Assembly: GCA_021836725.1 (NCBI GenBank)
Contig: JAKBHL010000011.1
Location: 18,210 to 82,209, forward strand
Direction: 5' to 3'
Length of the DNA stretch: 64,000 nt
DNA from: a bacterium
GTDB lineage: Bacteria > Patescibacteriota > Minisyncoccia > Phycocordibacterales > Phycocordibacteraceae
Made by a program: the position numbers and the translations under genes. Shown piece by piece: positions 1 through 6,840 of the stretch. The notes under the pieces are model-generated. The model did not search any database. It was not told the DNA's origin and saw nothing but the letters and a program-made list of their open reading frames with translations. Every line of letters starts with the position of its first letter. The first letter of the stretch is position 1.

Positions 1-263
1 AAAACCGGCACGCACGCACGCTCGGCAATCTGATTGCCGAGCGTGCGTGCGTCCTTCGCAATCGGATTCTCTCCGCCCGCGAGCGTACGCGATTCTCCGA
101 TGACCACCGCGCCGATGTGTTCTTTTTCTATGAGCGTACAAAGTTCTTCCAGAATCCGCGGAGTGTTAGGAATGACAGCATGAGGAAAACCCATGGTCCC
201 CGCATCGTCCGAGAGCGCGAGACCTATCTTGCTGCTTCCATAATCCACGCCGAGATACCGCAT
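1..263 (-). CDS. ruvX: Holliday junction resolvase-like protein RuvX/YqgF (C-terminal part runs off the window edge)
   Basis: Reverse-strand translation gives MRYLGVDYGSSKIGLALSDDAGTMGF...VVIGESRTLAGGENPIAKDARTLGNQIAERA, a YqgF/RuvX-family sequence. ATG is the complement of 261-263. Confidence 0.8.
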   Translation of the reverse strand, partial: MRYLGVDYGSSKIGLALSDDAGTMGFPHAVIPNTPRILEELCTLIEKEHIGAVVIGESRTLAGGENPIAKDARTLGNQIAERACVPV

Positions 264-292
264 GCGGAAAGTGTATGGTATAGTGCGCACAT

Positions 293-568
293 ATGCACGC
301 TTTCGCCCCGTTCTACTCTCCCTATATGCCAGGATTTACGAGCTTGTTCATCCCGTTCCTCTTCGCGATAACGCTGTGGACTATCGTTTTGAAAGGTTTC
401 GCGCTCTGGTATGCCGCGCGCGGCAGCCAGAAAGGGTGGTTTATCGCACTTCTCATCGTTAATACGCTCGGCATCCTTGAAATCATCTACCTTATTTGGT
501 TTCGCCCGAAAAATCAGCCTGCTACGCATGACGATGCGCCGGTGCACATATCATCATCGGCGCAGTAG
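293..568 (+). CDS. small hypothetical membrane protein (2 predicted TM)
   Basis: 91-aa ORF with hydrophobic segments (FIPFLFAITLWTIVLKGFALWY / FIALLIVNTLGILEIIYLIWF). It is divergent from ruvX. The exact start is uncertain. Confidence 0.45.
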   Translation: MHAFAPFYSPYMPGFTSLFIPFLFAITLWTIVLKGFALWYAARGSQKGWFIALLIVNTLGILEIIYLIWFRPKNQPATHDDAPVHISSSAQ

Positions 569-571
569 TTC

Positions 572-659
572 GGATGGTTGGCTGAGAGGTCTAAAGCAGC
601 GGACTTGAAATCCGCCGTACCGCAAGGTACCGCAGGTTCGAATCCTGCACCATCCGCCA
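572..659 (+). tRNA. tRNA-Ser(TGA), long variable arm, no encoded CCA
   Basis: Acceptor ggatggt/accatcc, anticodon loop cttgaaa, long variable arm, T-arm ggttcgaatcc. Confidence 0.85.
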
Positions 660-687
660 ATCGAAAAGAGACTGTGTATGTAAACAA

Positions 688-730
688 AAAAAGAGCCCTG
701 AATTGTAATTCAGAGCTCTTTTGGTTTTTG
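688..730. terminator. bidirectional intrinsic terminator hairpin
   Basis: agagccctgaatt-gta-aattcagagctct stem with one mismatch, flanked by an A-run upstream and ttttggttttt downstream. It lies between tRNA-Ser (+) and the minus-strand CDS ending at 733. Confidence 0.6.
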
Positions 731-732
731 AG

Positions 733-1413
733 CTAGAAGCTCACCGACGCCATCAGCGTGTCTGCGCCCCAGAAAATCGCGGGGACGCTGTCGCCACGGG
801 CCCGTACCGCATACAACTGATCCGTCAGCGTCCAACGGCCGAGCCGTACGCCAGCTCCGAAAACCTGAGCGACTTCCCAACGCGTATGGTGCGCAACGTA
901 CAGATTGCGGGCCGGAACCGACAATGACGGTTGCCAATGATACACGTGTTCTTCCCATCGTACTCGATTGATGTAGAGGCCGGCGCTCAAGAAGAACCAT
1001 CCGCCGCGGCCGAAGTGCCGCGCAAATGAAAGAGCCAGTCCGGACGTCGATCCGTTGCCTACGAAGCGGGCCATAGGAGCACACGTTCCGTAACAGCGGT
1101 GTTCCACGCGATTGTAATTCCCACCAGCTGACGTGTCCAATGAATTGGACGCCGCCGAACCCAAGGACACCCAATCGATATGCGCCGTAACATGACGCGT
1201 GAGCGGTTGCCGCCAGCCCACCATCCACGCGGCGCTGCGGAGTTTGAGATGATACGGGAATCCTTTTTCGTACCAGGTTCCGTTTGGAACGGCGCGGTAA
1301 TTCGTCATCCCCGCGCCGAACTCGAGAGTGCCGCTTGAGGCCCGAGCCGGGGCCGAGAATGCCGATAAGGCCGCTACGAAACAGCAGGATGCTGTGATAT
1401 GCACTATGTTCAT
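733..1413 (-). CDS. secreted hypothetical protein (signal peptide; C-terminal Phe; possible beta-barrel or acyloxyacyl-hydrolase-like fold)
   Basis: 226-aa ORF with N-terminal signal peptide MNIVHITASCCFVAALSAFSAPARA. It is rich in Gly/aromatic residues and ends in ...SVSF. The overlapping 710..1447 ORF in the other frame is judged spurious. Confidence 0.5.
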   Translation of the reverse strand: MNIVHITASCCFVAALSAFSAPARASSGTLEFGAGMTNYRAVPNGTWYEKGFPYHLKLRSAAWMVGWRQPLTRHVTAHIDWVSLGSAASNSLDTSAGGNYNRVEHRCYGTCAPMARFVGNGSTSGLALSFARHFGRGGWFFLSAGLYINRVRWEEHVYHWQPSLSVPARNLYVAHHTRWEVAQVFGAGVRLGRWTLTDQLYAVRARGDSVPAIFWGADTLMASVSF

Positions 1414-1601
1414 TACGCCCTCCAGGATGATACGTCGTTGATTCCAAAGAAAATTCTCCCTGCGAAGGCTTATGCCTCCGGAATATTTATATCAAATTAT
1501 GCTTTATTGTCAAGTCTACAGTGGCCCGATACCGCGGACGTTTGTACACAAACGGGCCCGCTGCGACAAAGCCGTAGTGCGCATTCTGGTATGATTCCTC
1601 T

Positions 1602-2075
1602 ATGCCACGAAGCGTTATTCTCGAATGGGAAGGTAGGGAGCACGATTATAATCCGAAAAGCGCCGATTGGTATTGGGTACTCGGCATCATCGCCACTGCT
1701 CTCGCCATTGCGTTGGTGCTCTTCAGTAATTATCTGCTTGCGGTCCTTGTCGTCGTTGCGGCAGCCGCGCTTGCGCTTCATGCGGCGAAGCATCCGTCCC
1801 TGCATCGTTTCCGTCTCGTCGAACAAGGGCTCTATGTCGGCGACGAACTGCACCCCTTTGGGCGGATGCTTTCTTTTTCCGTCCTTGAAGATATCGAAGG
1901 AGAGTTTCCGCCTATACTCTCCATAAAAAATGAGAGTTGGTTCTCGCCGCATTTGCTTGTACCGCTTGTGGGCGTTGATGCGGATGCGGTATACGCGTAT
2001 TTCCTCCAGCACGTTGACGAGAATGAACACCATCATACGTTTACCGACCTTGTGGCGGCATGGCTCGGATTTTGA
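1602..2075 (+). CDS. hypothetical membrane protein
   Basis: 157-aa ORF with one strong TM segment (WYWVLGIIATALAIALVLFSNYLLAVLVVVAAAALAL). Confidence 0.5.
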   Translation: MPRSVILEWEGREHDYNPKSADWYWVLGIIATALAIALVLFSNYLLAVLVVVAAAALALHAAKHPSLHRFRLVEQGLYVGDELHPFGRMLSFSVLEDIEGEFPPILSIKNESWFSPHLLVPLVGVDADAVYAYFLQHVDENEHHHTFTDLVAAWLGF

Positions 2076-2108
2076 AAAAACTCGCGTACGCGGTAGAGTC
2101 AACCGACC

Positions 2109-2180
2109 GCCCTCGTCGTTCAACGGATAGGACACCGGCTTGCGGAGCCGGCAATAGAGGTTCGATTCCTCTCGAGGGCA
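2109..2180 (+). tRNA. tRNA-Arg(GCG), no encoded CCA
   Basis: Acceptor gccctcg/cgagggc with discriminator a, anticodon stem ccggc/gccgg, loop ttgcgga, T-arm agaggttcgattcctct. Confidence 0.7.
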
Positions 2181-2203
2181 CTAAAATGGCGAAGCACACT
2201 TTT

Positions 2204-2367
2204 GTGCCCTCGAAGCAGGCCGTCTGCACGGCCTGCGAGAGGAATCGAAAGGCGGAGCGATGTTTGGCCAGCAGGCGAAACCGCGAGCCCTGCCCAGATA
2301 AACTTTTGCGGCGGCAAAAGTTTAATCGAGGGAGATACGGCGTATTCGCCGGTCCTCTCGAGGGCAC
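2204..2367. repeat. tRNA-Arg-derived structured element: an inverted 3'-end copy with a GC hairpin insert, plus a direct 3'-end fragment
   Basis: 2206-2249 is the reverse complement of a tRNA 3' half (T-loop, T-stem 3' side, acceptor 3' side) with the hairpin gcaggccgtctgcacggcctgc (2215-2236) inserted between T-stem and acceptor. 2353-2367 (tcctctcgagggcac) repeats the tRNA 3' end directly. Further hairpins lie inside (cttttgcggcggcaaaag). Confidence 0.5.
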
Positions 2368-2379
2368 CCTGTACTTCTC

Positions 2380-2721
2380 ATGATCGAGTACTTTTTCGCA
2401 TTTATCGCGGGCGGTGCGTTCACCATGATTGTAACCGCATTTCAGCTTTCCGGATTCCCGACGCTTTCGCGCATCGCGGCGCTCTTTCCGATTGTGACCT
2501 GGCTTTCGTACCTCTTCATTGGGCATATTGACGGCGCTCTGGCGGTTTCTCAGCATGCGCGTTTCGTCATATTTGGAACGATTGTCGCGTGGATACCGTA
2601 CATGTTCATCATTTATTATTTCGCGCCGCGCATCGGCGTCACGCGGGCGATAATGTTCGGCATCATTGTGTTTTTGCTGCTCGCATTCGCCTTTGCCGCG
2701 GTGTATAACAAGTGGGCTTAG
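2380..2721 (+). CDS. hypothetical 4-TM membrane protein
   Basis: 113-aa ORF, four hydrophobic helices, ATG at 2380 immediately after the structured element. Confidence 0.55.
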   Translation: MIEYFFAFIAGGAFTMIVTAFQLSGFPTLSRIAALFPIVTWLSYLFIGHIDGALAVSQHARFVIFGTIVAWIPYMFIIYYFAPRIGVTRAIMFGIIVFLLLAFAFAAVYNKWA

Positions 2722-2725
2722 GAAG

Positions 2726-2797
2726 GCTTCCGTCGTTCAATGGATAGGATATCTCCCTCCGAAGGAGGTGATACTGGTTCGATTCCAGTCGGAAGCA
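2726..2797 (+). tRNA. tRNA-Arg(CCG), no encoded CCA
   Basis: Acceptor gcttccg/cggaagc, anticodon stem tctcc/ggagg with loop ctccgaa, T-arm ctggttcgattccag. Confidence 0.8.
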
Positions 2798-2799
2798 CA

Positions 2800-2840
2800 A
2801 AAAACAACACGCGCCGTTTCGCGGCGCGTGTTGTTTTTTC
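2800..2840. terminator. intrinsic terminator (bidirectional)
   Basis: acaacacgcgccg-tttc-gcggcgcgtgttgt stem followed by tttttt, with an A-run on the other side. Confidence 0.75.
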
Positions 2841-2852
2841 TCCCTCTGCTTT

Positions 2853-3119
2853 TTACGCGCGTGCGCGGCGGATAATGCCCGCAACACGCGATTTCTTGCG
2901 GTTAGCGGTATTGTCTTTGATAACGCCGCGTTTGCACGCCTTGTCTATCGCGGCATACACCGCAGGCAGGAGTTTCTCGGCCTCGGCAACGTCTCGAGCG
3001 GCAAGCGCCTTCGTAAACGCTTTGACCGTGTCGCGCATAGCGTCCTTACGGCGCAGGTTAAAGACACGCTTCTTTGCCGAAGAACGGATAGCTTTCTTTG
3101 CTGAGCTGGTGATTGCCAT
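2853..3119 (-). CDS. rpsT: 30S ribosomal protein S20
   Basis: MAITSSAKKAIRSSAKKRVFNLRRKD...KRGVIKDNTANRKKSRVAGIIRRARA (88 aa) is a typical S20. The longer track ORF (to 3596) is an artefactual upstream extension that overlaps ruvA. Confidence 0.9.
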   Translation of the reverse strand: MAITSSAKKAIRSSAKKRVFNLRRKDAMRDTVKAFTKALAARDVAEAEKLLPAVYAAIDKACKRGVIKDNTANRKKSRVAGIIRRARA

Positions 3120-3194
3120 GTCCGCACAATCTACCGCTAACGCGCGTGAACTGCAAGTATGCGCCACCGGGCGCGGGAGTGCTAGGATACGCTT

Positions 3195-3740
3195 ATGATC
3201 CGGCAAATTCGCGGACACGTGCTTTCTATCGGTGCGGCAAGCGCCGTCGTTGAAGTCGCGGGCCTCGGCATCGAAGTGCGCATGAGCGCGCCGGAGACGC
3301 TTGCAGTGGGCAGTGAGGTGCAGCTTGTGACGCACCTTGCGGTCAAGCAAGACGGCATGGAACTCTACGGCTTCCTGGACGCGGCGGATCGCGATTTCTT
3401 TGAACGCATGCTTTCGGTCTCGGGCGTAGGGCCCAAGACGGCGCTTTCTCTGCTGCGCCGCGCGCCGCGCGCCGCGCTTGAAGGCGCCATCGGCAAGCGC
3501 GATCTTGCTTACCTCACCAAAGTTGTCGGCCTCGGCAAAAAAAGCGCAGAGAAAATGCTTGTCGAGCTTGCCGATAAGATCGGGCCGCACGGCCATGACG
3601 GCGCGGACGGCGAAGTTTTCGACACGCTTGTCGCACTCGGTTACACCGAACGCGAAGCTCGTGCAGCGCTCCGAACGATCCCCGAGAAAACGGTTGGCAA
3701 GGAAGCCCGCCTCAAGGCGGCGCTCTCTGCCGCTCTTTAA
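3195..3740 (+). CDS. ruvA: Holliday junction DNA helicase RuvA
   Basis: MIRQIRGHVLSIGAASAVVEVAGLGIEVRMS...LYGF...VSGVGPKTALSLL...GLGKKSAEKMLVEL: OB-fold then HhH motifs of RuvA. Confidence 0.9.
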   Translation: MIRQIRGHVLSIGAASAVVEVAGLGIEVRMSAPETLAVGSEVQLVTHLAVKQDGMELYGFLDAADRDFFERMLSVSGVGPKTALSLLRRAPRAALEGAIGKRDLAYLTKVVGLGKKSAEKMLVELADKIGPHGHDGADGEVFDTLVALGYTEREARAALRTIPEKTVGKEARLKAALSAAL

Positions 3741-3754
3741 ATCGATACGGCCTT

Positions 3755-5032
3755 ATGTACGAATTCGTTAATCGTATCGTCCATTTCCTCAAGAAGATCG
3801 TGCCTGAACCGCTCGTGCGCGTTCTGCGGCCCGCGTATCATCGCGCGCTCGCGTTTTTTATGGCGCTTTCCTACGGGTTCCCCGCTCAGCACCTCACGAT
3901 TATCGGCATCACCGGAACGAAAGGCAAATCGACGACCGCGGAGATGCTTTTCGCCATCCTGCGCGGAGCTGGCTACAACACTGCGCTCATTTCGACTATC
4001 CGTTTTGCGATCAATGACCTCTCGGAGCCGAATCTTTACAAGATGACGCTGCAAGGTCGCGGATTCGCCCAAGCGTTTATGCGCAAAGCGCTCCGCGCCG
4101 GCTGCACGCACATAGTCATAGAGATAACCTCTGAAAGCGTGCCGCAGCATCGGCATCTGTTCCTCAATCTCGACGGGCTCATCGTCACGAACATCCAGCG
4201 CGAACATATCGAGAGCCACGGATCGTTTGAAAATTACGTTGCGGCGAAACGTGCGATCGTACGGACGCTCGCCCGATCGCCCAAACGCGCCCGCATACTC
4301 GTCGCAAACGAAGATATACCGGAAAGCCGATCCTTTCTGTCGACGCGCGGCGCGCACGCCATAGGATTTAGCGCCCATGAGCTCAGCGCGTGCGAGAGCG
4401 ACGACGCGCGCGTGACCTGCACCTATGCCGGTGTCCCCGTCACCGTCCCTCTTCCCGGGAAATTCAATGCTTTGAATGCGCTTGCCGCGATGAAGATGAG
4501 CGAGGCGCTCGGTATGTCCGTTCCGGATGCCGCACGCGCGCTTGCGCATCTCCCCGTCGTCCGCGGACGCGTTGAACGCGTGGATTTGGGACAGGATTTT
4601 CTCGCTATCGTCGATTACGCGCACACGCCGGACTCATTGCAGGCGCTCTATGATGCGTTTCCGAAACGGAGGAAAATATGCGTCCTCGGAAATACCGGCG
4701 GCGGACGAGACCTGTGGAAGCGCCCCTTGATGGGCAAGATTGCGGACGAGGCGTGCGACAAAGTCATCCTGACGAATGAGGATCCGTATGACGAGGACCC
4801 GCGCGGCATCGTCGACGCCATGGCGCACGGCATGGAGCGTGCGCCCGAGATCATCATGGACCGACGCGCCGCCATACGCGCGGCGCTGGCGTATGCGCGG
4901 CAAGGCGATGCGGTTTTGATTTCCGGCAAAGGTACCGACCCATTTATCATGGAAGCGCATGGCGCTAAGACTCCCTGGAGCGACGCGCAGGTTGTGCGAG
5001 AGGAGCTTGCGCGGCTCCGCGCGCAAAATTGA
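3755..5032 (+). CDS. Mur ligase family protein (MurE/MurF-like)
   Basis: P-loop GITGTKGKSTT near the N-terminus, central Mur-ligase domain, C-terminal ...TNEDPYDEDPRGIVD. It lacks a MurE N-terminal domain, so the exact paralog is uncertain. Confidence 0.75.
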   Translation: MYEFVNRIVHFLKKIVPEPLVRVLRPAYHRALAFFMALSYGFPAQHLTIIGITGTKGKSTTAEMLFAILRGAGYNTALISTIRFAINDLSEPNLYKMTLQGRGFAQAFMRKALRAGCTHIVIEITSESVPQHRHLFLNLDGLIVTNIQREHIESHGSFENYVAAKRAIVRTLARSPKRARILVANEDIPESRSFLSTRGAHAIGFSAHELSACESDDARVTCTYAGVPVTVPLPGKFNALNALAAMKMSEALGMSVPDAARALAHLPVVRGRVERVDLGQDFLAIVDYAHTPDSLQALYDAFPKRRKICVLGNTGGGRDLWKRPLMGKIADEACDKVILTNEDPYDEDPRGIVDAMAHGMERAPEIIMDRRAAIRAALAYARQGDAVLISGKGTDPFIMEAHGAKTPWSDAQVVREELARLRAQN

Positions 5033-5055
5033 AGTTTCCCTGGTAGTATCTCTCT

Positions 5056-6012
5056 ATGGAGCACGACGCGTGGTTTTTTGTCGGGATATTCGCCTTTATA
5101 TTCCTCGTCTGGATCGCTACGGGCGGTCCATTGCATCCGATTGCGTTCTCCGGTCCCACTCTCGCCGAACCGGGCGCGCTCGGCGGCGGCACATACCTTT
5201 CGTTCCCGCGTGCCCCCTTTTCAGTCGGGAGCGGATACGTTTCCCTGCCGGGCTCCTCAAGCGGCGGCGGCATCCCGGGCAGTACGGGCGTATCGTTTCC
5301 CGCGCTTGTAGGAGGCGTCGGTTTTGGCACACCTTCTCCCTACTACGGGATCGTTTCGATGAATCACTATGTCTCGGGTGCCGGTTCGGCGAATCCCGGG
5401 AATGAATATATCGAGATAATGGTTGCTCAGAGTGCGACCGTGCCGGTCGACATCTCCGGATGGACGCTTGAGAGCGCCGCGACCGGCGCCGCGGCGATCA
5501 TTCCGAAAGGAACGGAAGTCCCGACCTCCGGTATCGTGAATGCCGTGCAGGACATCGTGCTTACTCCAGGCACGCAGGCGCTTATTATCTCCGGACAATC
5601 GCCCATCGGCGCGTCCTTCCGCGACAATAAATGCATCGGCTATTTCAGCACTTTTCAGAAATTCTCCCCGCCATTGCCTCAGAACTGCCCCCTGCCCTCC
5701 GACGAGCTTGCGTCATTTTATGGAGGTTCCGGCTATATCCGCGATGCCGCCTGTGTTGATTATGTGAATACCCTTTCGCGCTGCCAGGCAGTGCTCTCGC
5801 CGCCTGCAAACACCTCGGGCGCGTGCCAGAGCTTTTTGGTGAACTATCTGAACTACAACGGCTGCGTCAATGCGCATAAAAATGACGCCAATTTCGAGGG
5901 CGCCACGTGGCGCATCTACCTGGGCCGCACGAGCTCAATGTGGCGCCCCCAGAACGAAGTGGTGAAGCTTCTTGATGCGCAAGGGAAAACCGTCGACGCA
6001 TTCAGTTACTAG
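5056..6012 (+). CDS. membrane-anchored lamin-tail-domain (LTD) protein
   Basis: N-terminal TM (WFFVGIFAFIFLVWIA), then NEYIEIMVAQSATVPVDISGWTLES...QALIISG resembling an LTD fold. The C-terminus is Cys-containing. Confidence 0.6.
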   Translation: MEHDAWFFVGIFAFIFLVWIATGGPLHPIAFSGPTLAEPGALGGGTYLSFPRAPFSVGSGYVSLPGSSSGGGIPGSTGVSFPALVGGVGFGTPSPYYGIVSMNHYVSGAGSANPGNEYIEIMVAQSATVPVDISGWTLESAATGAAAIIPKGTEVPTSGIVNAVQDIVLTPGTQALIISGQSPIGASFRDNKCIGYFSTFQKFSPPLPQNCPLPSDELASFYGGSGYIRDAACVDYVNTLSRCQAVLSPPANTSGACQSFLVNYLNYNGCVNAHKNDANFEGATWRIYLGRTSSMWRPQNEVVKLLDAQGKTVDAFSY

Positions 6013-6061
6013 AAAAAACTACGCAGAGTGTTAGATTGGTAACGTTCTTTTCGTCTTGTCT

Positions 6062-6134
6062 TGCGCCCATAGCTCAGTTGGTAGAGCAGCTCCCTTTTAA
6101 GGAGACGGTCCCAGGTTCGAGCCCTGGTGGGCGC
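6062..6134 (+). tRNA. tRNA-Lys(TTT), no encoded CCA
   Basis: Acceptor gcgccca/tgggcgc, anticodon loop cttttaa, T-arm ccaggttcgagccctgg. Confidence 0.85.
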
Positions 6135-6138
6135 ACAT

Positions 6139-6840
6139 TCAGAGTGAAAGCGCGAAGCGCTCGAGGGAAAGGGAGAGATTCAGCCCGCCGCGGCGAGAGT
6201 CTTGCAGAAGCGTTATGAGTGTAAGCGATAGGCGCCGCGACTCTTCCGGTTTCCATGCGCGGCCGCCTGTAGATACGAGGTCGCGCGCTTTCCACTGCAA
6301 GAGACCGTGGAGCATTTCCGGCGCATCGCCGCGGCGAAGCGCGCGATTGATCTCCAGCCAGAGCTTCTCTCGATTCTTTGCCGCGAGCGCGTTTACCAGA
6401 TCGCTATTGAATCGGCGCGCGGTGGCTCTTTCGGGCGGGAGGTCGAATGCGTATTCCACTGTCGCCTGTGCTCCGAGCTTCTTTGCTTTCGCCGCCGCGA
6501 GCTTTGGCGCAAGAATGAGGATAGCGTTATCGGAAGCGGCGAGCGGCTCGATGTGGGCCTCGAGCACGCTCTCTGCCGGCTCTTCTCCGTCACTTTCGTT
6601 TTCATCCTGTTCGCTCGCTTTCGTCTGCGCCGAAGGAAACGGATCGTCGATGAGCACCAAAAGCCGTTTGGTGAAAAGGCTTGCCGAAAGCGCGGCGTCT
6701 TCGAGCGCGGCGGGGGTTATGTCTTCGCGAGAAAGGCGCACATACGTGAGACCTGGATCCTTCGCTTTCGCGGCCGCTACCCACGCAAACGCTTTCGCGC
6801 GCGTTTTCGCCACATCGGTGCCGTAAAAAAGATAGATCAT
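6139..6840 (-). CDS. holA: DNA polymerase III delta subunit (HolA-like)
   Basis: Begins MIYLFYGTD... and its ATG overlaps the polA stop as ATGA. The N-terminal extension in the track ORF is dropped. Confidence 0.6.
   Translation of the reverse strand: MIYLFYGTDVAKTRAKAFAWVAAAKAKDPGLTYVRLSREDITPAALEDAALSASLFTKRLLVLIDDPFPSAQTKASEQDENESDGEEPAESVLEAHIEPLAASDNAILILAPKLAAAKAKKLGAQATVEYAFDLPPERATARRFNSDLVNALAAKNREKLWLEINRALRRGDAPEMLHGLLQWKARDLVSTGGRAWKPEESRRLSLTLITLLQDSRRGGLNLSLSLERFALSL

Noticed and set aside
710-1447. 245-aa minus-strand ORF overlapping the 733..1413 ORF in another frame
   Set aside because: It lacks a signal peptide or any recognisable features. The 733..1413 frame has a clean signal peptide and a C-terminal Phe, so the overlap is treated as a GC-rich artefact.
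2060-2383. 107-aa plus-strand ORF (MARILKKLAYAVESTDRPRR...)
   Set aside because: It runs straight through the tRNA-Arg(GCG) gene and the tRNA-derived hairpin region. It is arginine-rich, as expected when GC-rich structured RNA is translated.
2204-2721. Riboswitch (guanidine/fluoride type) controlling the downstream 113-aa 4-TM protein as an SMR/CrcB exporter
   Set aside because: The membrane protein lacks the conserved SMR glutamate in TM1 and the CrcB GxxGxxxR/TxxxN motifs. The upstream element is better explained as a tRNA-derived inverted repeat.
3120-3596. Upstream extension of the rpsT ORF (the 247-aa track ORF)
   Set aside because: S20 is complete from the internal Met at 3119. The extension overlaps ruvA on the opposite strand and has no homology.
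6215-6826. 203-aa plus-strand ORF antisense to holA, and similar antisense ORFs across polA, pgk and the pilus genes
   Set aside because: These are typical GC-rich antisense open frames with Arg/Ser/Ala-rich low-complexity translations. Each opposite strand encodes a well-supported housekeeping protein.
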